Shown here one piece after another: positions 18,120-27,200 of a stretch of DNA of 36,432 nt. How positions within the stretch are numbered: the stretch's first letter is position 1; each line of letters begins with the position of its first letter. Below the pieces are notes generated by a model. It had not been told where the DNA came from. It worked only from the letters and a program-made list of their open reading frames with translations, and made no database searches. The translations under genes and the position numbers were made by a program. The stretch comes from Candidatus Woesearchaeota archaeon (GTDB taxonomy: Archaea > Nanobdellota > Nanobdellia > Pacearchaeales > GW2011-AR1), in assembly GCA_964466575.1 (NCBI GenBank), contig CAYXNP010000008.1, positions 9,060-45,491 of the forward strand, in the 5' to 3' direction.

Positions 18120-19453
18120 AAGAACAAAGTTTAGTATTAAAGATAAAGAATGTTAGCGAGGCAGATAAGAGCTATAATTTTAAACACCTTATAGAACAGC
18201 AATTAAAGAATATTCTAGAAAATAAGAAAATTAGTAATAAGAATAAACAATTAATTATTTCATTTTTACAGAATTGCATTAATGAAAGTTTAAGTAATGC
18301 AAGAGTGAGTTTTTATATTTCAAAATTTAAGATTATTACTAGGATAATTAAAAAAGATTTTGATAAATGTGAAAAAGGAGATATTGAAAAATTTATTAGT
18401 GAAATTTCTAGTAGGTATGATAAAGCAGAAACAAGAAGAGCTTTTATAGTTACCATAAAAAAGTTTTATAGATATTTAACGGGTGAAGATAACCCGAAAG
18501 TTATTAGTTGGATTAAAGGAAAAAATTATAATAAAACTGCAAAACGCCAAAGTGAGAAAATAAAAATTGAGAATATTTTAACAGCGCAAGAAGTAGAATT
18601 AATGATAGAAAAGGCGAGTAATCCACGAGATAGAGCATTAATGGGTTTATTGTATTATAGTGCGGGGCGTATTGGTGAGGTTATTATTTTAAGAATTAAA
18701 GATATTGAGTTTAATGATTATAGAACTATTGTAGGTTTGAATGGAAAAACGGGTTATAGAAAAGTGCCTGTTATTGAATGTAGTAAGATGTTAAAGGATT
18801 GGTTAGAATATCATCCAGATAAAAATAATAAAGAAGCGTATGTTTGGGTTAGTTTTGCAGATGTTAATAGAATTAAAAATTTAAATAAAGGCGGAAAAAA
18901 TAAGCAAGAATTACGAGAGCCAAAAATTAATTCTAGCCAACATATCGGGGTTAGATATGTAGCTAAACTTTTAGGAGAGTTAGGTGATTTAGCGGGAATT
19001 GATAAAAAAGTTAATCCACATAATTTTAGACATTCTAGATTAACAGCTTTGGGAATAATGGGTATTGATGAAGATATGATAAAACTTTATGCGGGGCATA
19101 GTAAAACTTCTAATGTTACTAGTATGTATAAACATTATAGTTATGATAACTTAAATAATGAATTTGATAAATTATACGGGATTAAAACAGAAGAAAAAAA
19201 TAATGAATTGATTAATTGTTTTAGGTGTGGGCATTTAAATAGAAATACGCTAGAAGTGTGTGAGAACTGCGGTTTAGCTTTAAATGTGAAAGAGGCGGGA
19301 AATTTAGATAAAATAAAAAAGAAACAAGCGAGCGTAAATAAAATTATGAAGGTATTGTTAGAAGATGATGTATTTAAGAAATTTCTAGCGCGTTATTTAA
19401 TTGATAAAAATATGGTTGATTATGCTAAACAATTAGCCGAAGAGGAAAATTAA
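18089..19453 (+). CDS. int: Tyrosine recombinase/integrase (454 aa) with a C-terminal Zn-ribbon
   Basis: Catalytic R (YYSAGRIGEV), HxxR (NPHNFRHSRLT) and Y (MYKHYSY); CxxC...CxxC (CFRCGH...CENCG); tRNA-proximal position typical of integrases. Confidence 0.8.
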   Translation: MEKEKFKNKMKEQSLVLKIKNVSEADKSYNFKHLIEQQLKNILENKKISNKNKQLIISFLQNCINESLSNARVSFYISKFKIITRIIKKDFDKCEKGDIEKFISEISSRYDKAETRRAFIVTIKKFYRYLTGEDNPKVISWIKGKNYNKTAKRQSEKIKIENILTAQEVELMIEKASNPRDRALMGLLYYSAGRIGEVIILRIKDIEFNDYRTIVGLNGKTGYRKVPVIECSKMLKDWLEYHPDKNNKEAYVWVSFADVNRIKNLNKGGKNKQELREPKINSSQHIGVRYVAKLLGELGDLAGIDKKVNPHNFRHSRLTALGIMGIDEDMIKLYAGHSKTSNVTSMYKHYSYDNLNNEFDKLYGIKTEEKNNELINCFRCGHLNRNTLEVCENCGLALNVKEAGNLDKIKKKQASVNKIMKVLLEDDVFKKFLARYLIDKNMVDYAKQLAEEEN

Positions 19454-19507
19454 AATATAAAATAATAATATTTAAAAAAGATATAAACCTTAATAGTATA
19501 TTAAAAA

Positions 19508-20038
19508 ATGAGAAAAGAAAAAATAGAAAAACGAAAACGTGGAGTACCTTATTTAGGTAGTATTGATTTAGAAATTTTGGAATTTTTAGATACGCCGAAT
19601 TATATAGCAAATAAAAACGGGTGGGCGGTTTTGGATGTTGTTGAAAAAATGGGAATACAACATAATAACCTTAAACCGCATATTGATAAATTATTAAAAT
19701 TAAAATTAATAGTTGTAGTTGATTTAAGCGATTATAAACATAAAGGAAAAAGGATTATTGAAAATAAAAAAGTTGGTTTAACTTCTATTAAAGCTAGAAA
19801 TAATTTTTGGCTTGAAAATTATGCGGATTTTGATGGGGATGAGAAATATAAAGAAGAGGCAAAGAAAGAGAATGAATATTTTGATTTTATTATTTCATTC
19901 TTTAGAGATATAAAAAAATATTTTTATGATAAAGAGAATGAAGAATTTTTAAAATTAGATTTGCGAAGTAAAGAAACGCAAGAAAACTTTAAACAAAATT
20001 ATTCAAGAAAAAATGAAAAGACAACTACTAAAAAGTAA
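19508..20038 (+). CDS. Putative winged-helix DNA-binding protein with a Lys/Glu-rich C-terminal tail
   Basis: An HTH-like N-terminal region (LEILEFLDTPNYIANKNGWAVLDVVEKMGIQHNNLKPHIDKLLKLKLIVVV) resembling MarR/ArsR wHTH; inference only. Confidence 0.35.
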   Translation: MRKEKIEKRKRGVPYLGSIDLEILEFLDTPNYIANKNGWAVLDVVEKMGIQHNNLKPHIDKLLKLKLIVVVDLSDYKHKGKRIIENKKVGLTSIKARNNFWLENYADFDGDEKYKEEAKKENEYFDFIISFFRDIKKYFYDKENEEFLKLDLRSKETQENFKQNYSRKNEKTTTKK

Positions 20039-20117
20039 CTAATGTATTCTTTTAGTTTATATCTTATTAAAGTATATTAGCACAACATTTAAATAGTTTT
20101 AATAAGATATTATTAAA

Positions 20118-20351
20118 ATGGTGCAGACAACAAAAACGATTTCATTTACAGAGGAACTAGATAGGCAATTAGGTGAGGCGGTTGATGATTTAAATAAAAC
20201 GCAGATTACGGGCGCTATTTCTAAAAGTAAAATAATTCGTGTCGCTGTGTCGGAATATCTGGAAAAGTTAAATAAAATAAAAAAAATTCGTAAAGATTAC
20301 GCAGACGTAACTAAAACCGCCGAAGATATTTTAAAAGAAAATGGATATTGA
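20118..20351 (+). CDS. Ribbon-helix-helix (CopG/Arc-like) DNA-binding protein
   Basis: An N-terminal beta-strand plus two helices (KTISFTEELDRQLGEAVDDLNKTQ...IIRVAVSEYLEKL). Confidence 0.45.
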   Translation: MVQTTKTISFTEELDRQLGEAVDDLNKTQITGAISKSKIIRVAVSEYLEKLNKIKKIRKDYADVTKTAEDILKENGY

Positions 20352-20440
20352 TTTTTGTGTAACAGACGCTAAATATTGGAAACCCATAATTGAGGAAATT
20401 AAAAAAATTCAGGAACATCGCGAAATTTTGAAAGCTAGTT

Positions 20441-20671
20441 TTGAGGGAATTAAATAAATTTTTTGAGGTAATAAAAATGTGTTGTGATAAGTATAAAAAA
20501 GTAAGAGTAATTTTTGAGGATTTAAACGCTATTAATAAAAGCCGTTCTAAAGTTGGTTATATTCTTTCTAAAGATAATGAATTTGTAGAAATTAAAACAG
20601 ATAATCGCACGGAGTTTATACCGATTTGTAAAATAATCAGAATTGAGGTTTTAGAAAATGGATATAAATAA
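20441..20671 (+). CDS. Hypothetical small protein; likely start ATG 20477 (SD GAGGTAA)
   Basis: ORF track; a small beta-rich protein. Confidence 0.3.
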   Translation: MRELNKFFEVIKMCCDKYKKVRVIFEDLNAINKSRSKVGYILSKDNEFVEIKTDNRTEFIPICKIIRIEVLENGYK

Positions 20672-20915
20672 TTTAACAAACGCTGTAAAAGAAATAGAAA
20701 AAAATATTAAGATATTGGAAAATTCTAAATTTGAAAAAATAAAATATCTTGTTAAGAATGGGCGACAAGTTAAGCTAACTTTATGTAATGATGATTTAAA
20801 AAATTTGTTTGATGTTGAAGAAATTAAAAGTGTTGAGAAATTTGTAAATACTTCTAAATTTTCTAAACAAGTTAGGATGTATGAATTTAAAAGTGGATTT
20901 ATAATTTTAAAATGA
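20658..20915 (+). CDS. Hypothetical protein (85 aa), overlaps the previous gene (operonic)
   Basis: ORF track; 14-nt overlap. Confidence 0.3.
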   Translation: MDINNLTNAVKEIEKNIKILENSKFEKIKYLVKNGRQVKLTLCNDDLKNLFDVEEIKSVEKFVNTSKFSKQVRMYEFKSGFIILK

Positions 20916-21044
20916 AACAGAAAAAAGATTATGAAAATACAAACGGGTTAAGCGATAGCAAGTTAAAAGAATTATTTGATAGAAAGTTTAGAGAAGTTTT
21001 AAGATTAAGAAATTGTGATAAAATAAAAATTAGGTTGGTGAAAA

Positions 21045-21383
21045 ATGGAAAATAATGATAAGATAATAGAACGGGGAAAACAAACTTTTAAAGAAAAGGA
21101 GAAATTTGAAAAAATGAAATTAAAGAAAGACGATATTGTTCAAATTATATGGAGAGACGCTACTTCTTCAGAAGATTTTCCAATTCATAAAATTAAAAAC
21201 CCCACTGAAATGTTATCTGTTTGTAAAAATGTTGGTTTTTTTGTTGGTAGGGATAAAGGGGCGATTTGTGTTGCAACACAAATTAGCGATGATTTGAAAA
21301 TGGATTTATTAGTAATCCCTTTAAGTTGGACTATTAAAATTATAAAATTAAAAGGTAAATTAGAAAATGGAAACCCAAAATAA
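21045..21383 (+). CDS. Hypothetical protein (112 aa)
   Basis: ORF track. Confidence 0.35.
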   Translation: MENNDKIIERGKQTFKEKEKFEKMKLKKDDIVQIIWRDATSSEDFPIHKIKNPTEMLSVCKNVGFFVGRDKGAICVATQISDDLKMDLLVIPLSWTIKIIKLKGKLENGNPK

Positions 21384-21867
21384 TTATAATGTTGATAAGC
21401 TAGAATTTAGGCAGATTGTTCTAGGGCATATTAAAAGGATTTTAGAAATAGGTAGCCACGAGTTACGGGATACCACGCGACAGATTGATACAGCTAACCA
21501 CACGCAGATTATAGAACAAGAGGATACAAGATATAGTTATATACAAGCGATAGAAAATTTAGCTTATGTTTTAATACCTTATTTTGATGATGAGATATTA
21601 CAAGTTTATGAAAGATGTGAGAGAATTATAAATGGGTTTGGTTATGAGGTTAGAAATATTTTAAATAAAACATTTGAACGAATAAAAAAGGAAACAGGGA
21701 AAGAAAATTTAGAAAATGTTTTTGTTTTAGAGATGAGGTTAAGATATTCAAAGAAATTATTTATTGCATTAAATATGCTGTTAAAGAGAAATGATTATTT
21801 GAAGAGTGCTATTTATGGAGAGGAGAAAGATGAAGTTGCGCAAGATAATGAAGAGAGTGAGGAATAA
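21367..21867 (+). CDS. Hypothetical protein (166 aa) with an acidic C-terminus
   Basis: ORF track; the stop overlaps the start of the ATPase gene (TAATG). Confidence 0.35.
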   Translation: METQNNYNVDKLEFRQIVLGHIKRILEIGSHELRDTTRQIDTANHTQIIEQEDTRYSYIQAIENLAYVLIPYFDDEILQVYERCERIINGFGYEVRNILNKTFERIKKETGKENLENVFVLEMRLRYSKKLFIALNMLLKRNDYLKSAIYGEEKDEVAQDNEESEE

Positions 21868-22817
21868 TGGCGAACGCAATAGTAATTTATCGCGGGAAAG
21901 CAAAAAATAATAGTTGGGCGCGTTGGATGGTTAGCAGAACTATGAAACAGAATAAAAATAATCTTATTTCTGTGGTAGGAAAAACGGGCAGTGGAAAAAC
22001 CCTAAGTGCTATTTCTATATGTGAGATAATGAGTAAAATGGATGGTGTTCCTTTTGATGTTAAGATACACGTAGTTTTTACTTTAAAAGAATTAATGGAT
22101 TTAATTAATAGCGGAAAGTTAAGGCGAGGTAGTAAAATAGTTTGTGACGAATTTCAGTGTAGCGTATCCGCGCGTGAATTTCAAACTAAAGCAAACAAAA
22201 TTTTTAATTATGTATTAAGCACGTTTAGGCATTTGAATTTAACTTTATTCTTTTGCACACCATTTGAAACCTTGTTAGATAAGAACACTAGAAAGTTATT
22301 TCACGCACGTATTGAAACTATGAACATTAATAAGAATAATCAAACGTGCAGATTAAAACCGCGCTATATTGAGTATGCAGATTTTAAAGCCGAGCCATAT
22401 AGAAAACAAATGATTGTTTGCTATAAAGATGATAGTGGTAATAATAAATCGCGCCCGTTATTTTATTGGGATGTTCCGCGCCCGAGTAAAGAGAATGAAG
22501 ATAGTTATGAGAAAATGAAGTTTGATTTTACTAGAAGATTGAATAAAAATATTTCATTAGAGTTAAAGAGTGATAGAAGTTTAACAGATGAGTATAAAGA
22601 AGAGATAGTAATTAGAAAGCCACTAACACAAACGCAAGAGCGGGTTATGAAAGTGCTAGCAAACATAAAAGAGAGTAATAAGTTTGAGCGTGCAAGTGAG
22701 ATATTAAAGATTAGTTTAAATGCAATACATCAAAACAAGACATTAGCAGAAAAGAAAGGTTATAGTGTTGGGGAGTTTAAAGAAAATGTTGAAGATAAGA
22801 ATACAGAACAGCAATAA
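21867..22817 (+). CDS. P-loop NTPase (Walker A GKTGSGKT, Walker B IVCDEF); possible DNA-packaging or translocase-type ATPase of the element
   Basis: Motifs ISVVGKTGSGKTLSAI and SKIVCDEFQCS; family assignment uncertain. Confidence 0.55.
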   Translation: MANAIVIYRGKAKNNSWARWMVSRTMKQNKNNLISVVGKTGSGKTLSAISICEIMSKMDGVPFDVKIHVVFTLKELMDLINSGKLRRGSKIVCDEFQCSVSAREFQTKANKIFNYVLSTFRHLNLTLFFCTPFETLLDKNTRKLFHARIETMNINKNNQTCRLKPRYIEYADFKAEPYRKQMIVCYKDDSGNNKSRPLFYWDVPRPSKENEDSYEKMKFDFTRRLNKNISLELKSDRSLTDEYKEEIVIRKPLTQTQERVMKVLANIKESNKFERASEILKISLNAIHQNKTLAEKKGYSVGEFKENVEDKNTEQQ

Positions 22818-23148
22818 GTTTATTGATGTGGCGGTTGAACATCCCTATTTATTAGGTAGCCCTGAAGTGTATGAGCGAGAACTTAAACCAAAGCTACAAG
22901 AGATTATTAATAGGGATAACTTAAAGTGTAGCGGTTGCGGTAAGCCCTTAATTAATAGGGGTTGGAAATGTGTTAATCACCGCCCTATGAGTGCGGGCGG
23001 GTTTAAAGAAAAGTTAAGGGTTGAAAATAAAGATACAGCAATTCATTATATAGATTATGAATTAAAAGATATGTGGGCTATGTTCTTATTTTGTTTTGAT
23101 ACCCGCGCAGATTGTATAAGTAAATGGAAAGACAAGCGCCCAAAATGA
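22765..23148 (+). CDS. Zn-finger protein (CxxC...CxxH), possibly HNH-like
   Basis: CSGCGKPLINRGWKCVNHRP; start uncertain (overlaps the upstream gene by 53 nt). Confidence 0.3.
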   Translation: MLGSLKKMLKIRIQNSNKFIDVAVEHPYLLGSPEVYERELKPKLQEIINRDNLKCSGCGKPLINRGWKCVNHRPMSAGGFKEKLRVENKDTAIHYIDYELKDMWAMFLFCFDTRADCISKWKDKRPK

Positions 23149-23393
23149 ATAAAGATATTGATAGTATGAGCCGAGAAGAGTTAGTTAGATTAATTAATAA
23201 TATGATAAATGAAAAGGAGTTTGGATTAAACCCAATTAATAAAGTTAGTGTTTGTGATGTTGAAGTAGCTAGTAGTATGGAGAGTTTAGATAGTTGTAAG
23301 AAAGCTGTTAATGATTTGATTAAACAAAATAAAAAGTTTATTACATTAAGACAAAATAAAATTAAAGCTGATAGTTTAGGTTATTTTGGGTGA
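23124..23393 (+). CDS. Hypothetical protein (89 aa)
   Basis: ORF track; followed immediately by the GTGAATGTA palindromic element. Confidence 0.3.
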   Translation: MERQAPKMNKDIDSMSREELVRLINNMINEKEFGLNPINKVSVCDVEVASSMESLDSCKKAVNDLIKQNKKFITLRQNKIKADSLGYFG

Positions 23394-23441
23394 AGTGAAT
23401 GTATTACTACAAAAGTGAATGTAGTAATATGTAGTAATTCA
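23392..23441. repeat. Palindromic element family (AAGTGAATGTATTACTACA / GTGAATGTAGTAAT...ATGTAGTAATTCAC), related to the elements at 29394..29476
   Basis: Direct reading; it sits at a gene end inside the element. Confidence 0.5.
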
Positions 23442-23690
23442 CGATTTATAAATAAAGATAATTCTGTTTTCTTGATGTTAAAACTAATAGCTTGTTTAAT
23501 CGCGATTAGAATTTCTAAACAGATTAGAGAGAACTATATTAAAAGATGTGTTGGGTGTGGCGCGGAGTTAGATATAGAAGATTATTTTTTTAATAATTGC
23601 TGTGAGTATTGCGGTAGCACACAAGGTTATGATAAAGAGTATTGTGGAAATTCTGAATTAAATAATTGTGTGGTGTTAGAAAATGTTTAA
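23415..23690 (+). CDS. Zn-ribbon protein (CVGCG...CCEYCG)
   Basis: Two CxxC pairs; immediately upstream of, and overlapping, the PrimPol gene. Confidence 0.35.
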   Translation: MNVVICSNSRFINKDNSVFLMLKLIACLIAIRISKQIRENYIKRCVGCGAELDIEDYFFNNCCEYCGSTQGYDKEYCGNSELNNCVVLENV

Positions 23691-24237
23691 AGATATTGAA
23701 TTATTTAACCCGAAGTTTGTAAGAACAGAAAGAGAAACTACTAACTATGAAACAGGCGCGGATTATAATGAGAATATTTATTTTGATTTTGTTAATGGTG
23801 ATTATGTTGCGCGGGATAAAGAAAGATACTGCGATTTAACTTTAAAACAATATTTAGAAAATGTTGAGAGAGAGAAAGGGTTTGTTAGCTATCATATATC
23901 TTTAAGGAGTTCGGACAACAAGAAAGCGTTATTAGTTTTTGAAAGTGATAAGAAAGGTGATGATGTTATTAAAAAATTGACTAGGTTAGTTAGAGAGAAG
24001 GGCGTTAAATTTATTCTTAAAACAAGTGGAAATAGAAGTTTGCATTTAGTAATACCTATTATTGCAGAAACCGAAGAGGAGTATAATAGGCAGTGGCTAG
24101 GGATATTTTATTTATTAGACGCAAGAGATAGAGAGTTTATTGATGAACAATTAAATAAATTTTCGGGGCAGGTTAGGGGTTTTGAAAGTTTGCATTTAAA
24201 AACTTATGATAAAAGCGAGGTTTTAGAATATGATTAA
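23683..24237 (+). CDS. Small archaeo-eukaryotic primase (AEP) / primase-polymerase-like protein (184 aa)
   Basis: AEP-like motif I (LLVFESD), motif II (LKTSGNRSLHLVIP) and motif III-like (EFIDEQ); 8-nt overlap (ATGATTAA) with the PolB gene. Not searched against profiles. Confidence 0.5.
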   Translation: MFKDIELFNPKFVRTERETTNYETGADYNENIYFDFVNGDYVARDKERYCDLTLKQYLENVEREKGFVSYHISLRSSDNKKALLVFESDKKGDDVIKKLTRLVREKGVKFILKTSGNRSLHLVIPIIAETEEEYNRQWLGIFYLLDARDREFIDEQLNKFSGQVRGFESLHLKTYDKSEVLEYD

Positions 24238-27200
24238 TTTAGAATTAGAAGATTTTGAGAATAATAAAAGAATAGTTAATAGCTTTTGTTTAGAAAATAA
24301 ATCTAATAAAAATTCTAGCGCGGGTGTTACTTCGGTTATGGGTAGAAGTAAAAACACCCGTTCTAGTTTTTTATTTGATACTATTGAACTAAATAGACAA
24401 GAACAGCTTTTAGAGGTTGCTAGGAATTTAAAAAAAGGTGAGCGTGGTGTTTGCTTAACTTACATAGCTAGCAAGTTAAAAAAGAATGATGAGAATAAAA
24501 AGTTTTTTGAAAAGGTTGTTAAAACTATTAAAGATAAGCGTGAGTTTGATATTAGTGAGGAGTTGAAAAAAGGTTATAATGTTTTTGAGAAAGGTTATAG
24601 TAAAAAGCTAGTTGATAAAACAGAACACGGGCGAGAGATTGTTAAGGCGTTGTATGGATATGAAAGAGAACTTATTATTAAGCGCGGGATAAATGAGGTT
24701 TGGGATGACTATAAAGCAAGAGTTAGTTTAATTGAAGATAAAGAAAAGCGAGAGAGAAAATTTAAGGAATGTGAAGAGGCGAAAGCATTTTTAGAAGCGA
24801 GAGGATTTTTAGAGTTTATACCTGACGCACGTAACGGAATACAAATTTATCATAGTTTAAGATTAATGGAAAATAGCGGGGGCTTGAAAATTACAAGAGA
24901 GGATTATAATGTTTTGGATTTAGGATTTAAAGAAGATATGATTAAAGGAACGCTAGCAGAGAGCGGGCTTAATGAACTTAATGAAGAATTGAAAGAAGTT
25001 AATGAGCTTGTTAAGAAAGAGTTGGAAAGTAAGAATATGGTTGTTGAGTTTAAGCCCGAGATACCAAAGCCCGCTAAAAATGATTATGGCGATTTTGGTT
25101 TAATGAATAAAGGGAATAAAAAATTTACAAAAATATATTATGATATTGAAACAGATTATAAACAAGAGGCGTGTTTAATTGGTGTTTATAATAAAGATTT
25201 AAAGAGGATTGTGTTAGCGCAGATTGTTAAAGAGATTAGATTAAAAGAGGGTGAGCAAAAGATTAACCCGAGATTTGAAAAAAGTTATAAGGATGGTTTT
25301 GAAATTATTAAGTGCGAGGTTGTTAATGGATATGAGGCGGTATTTTTAGCTGATTGTGAAAGTTATTTAGCTTGTGTTTGTAATTCTTTAATGAGGCAAG
25401 GCGATAAAACACCTAGCATATTAAAAGAAATGATTAAAGGAGTTGATATAAACTTTAATTATTTTTCAGAAATTTACAACAATAAAAGGCGTAGCTTGTG
25501 GATAGCGCATAATTCTAATTTTGATATTAATAAATTAAATCTAACTGCGAGAAATGGATTAAAACATATTGATAGTAGCGGGGTTAAGGTTGAAGATATT
25601 ATTATTAATACTTTTGGGAATAAGAAAAGATATTTAGGTTATTTATTTAATCCCGATAAAAATTTAAATGAGCGCGAGAAGTGGGGCGTTAGCTATAAGC
25701 TAGGGAATAGAAATATAGGAGTTTATTTTAAAGCTAGCACGCAGAAATACGGGTTATGGGAAAAGCCCGAGATTGAATTAAAACCTATTCAGAAAGAAAG
25801 CGATAATTATGTTTATGCGCTTGATAGTGTTTTAGTTGCTAGGGCGTTGCAGAAAAAGAGCGCTAGCTTAAAGAATTTAGGTGATGAGTATGATTTAGAA
25901 GTTAAGAAAGCAGAAAGCGAATATAATTTTAAGGGCGGTGAGTTGTGGAGTAGCGCAGAAAAAGATATTAAAGAAGTTGAGTATTTGATTAAAGATTTAT
26001 TTGTTACTGATTATGTTTTTAGAGAGCTAACGAAAGAGCTTGATGTTATTGAGAATTTACTAGGGTTAGTTAAGATTGATAAAGATAGAATTAAAAAACA
26101 CGCGTCTGAAATGCCTTATTTGTATAGGGTTTATTCTACTGCGAGTTTATCAAAGCTGTTTTATCAAATAAAGTATAGTGAGGATTATGATGATTGGAAA
26201 GTTAAACACGGCAATTCTAAATTTTATGAAAATATAAACGAGCTGTTTAAAGAGGTTTATAGCGGTGGTAGAGTTGAGATATTTAGGCACGGGATTATAA
26301 AAGATAAGAAAATAGTTTATTCTGATTTTGCTAGCTTATACCCGCACACTTCTTATTTAACAAATGTAGAGCCGTTAATGAATGATATTTTAAACAAGAA
26401 ATTAAAATTTACTTCGGATATTGAAGAGATTGAATATAGCTTTTGGGTTATGATACATAAGCTAGCAAAGAAGATTAAGAATAAAGAGCCGTTGGTTAAA
26501 GAGGATTTTTGTGATAGCGCGGTTTTAAATGTTAAAATTAATAATATTAATTTAAGGTTAAGCAGAAAGGCGAACATATTTAGAGGGAAAGTTAAAACAG
26601 ACGCTAATAAAAGAAATCGTTGCGATTTAATTATAAATAAAGGTAGCGTTGTTAATGTTAGCTGTTATGATTTATGTTATAGTGTTCTTGAACAGCATTT
26701 AATTAATAATATTAATTTAGAGGATTTACAGAAAGATATTATTTTTAATAAAGGTTTAATGGTTGTGCCGAGTTATAGAACTTCTAAAAATGAAGATATG
26801 CACACGTTACTTTATGAAAGAAGAGGTAGTATTAAAAATGAGATTAAGGGGATTGAAAAGATTAAAGAGAATGAAGAAAAAATAAAACATTTGAAAAGCC
26901 AAAGTGAATTTATTAAAATTATTCTAAATGCGGGTTATGGAATTACTGCGGAATTTAATAACGATAGAGCGGGGCAATTTTATAACCCTATTTTAGCGAG
27001 CAGTATAACGGGAATGGCTAGGTTAATGAATAACATAACAGAAATAAGCACGAGGTTTTATGGTTTTGATGTTTATTATTCTGATACTGATAGTTGTCTA
27101 ATGGATAGCGGGGGTTATGATATTGTTAGTAATTTGTTTAAGGATGTTTGCGAATTAAAAAACGAATTAAGTGAGAATGTTTTTGTTAATAATATGCTTA

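Noticed and set aside
21867-22817. Calling the P-loop ATPase a viral packaging ATPase or terminase (which would imply a provirus)
   Set aside because: No major capsid protein, portal or other structural gene is recognisable in the element. The Walker A/B alone are not diagnostic, so it is kept as a generic P-loop NTPase.
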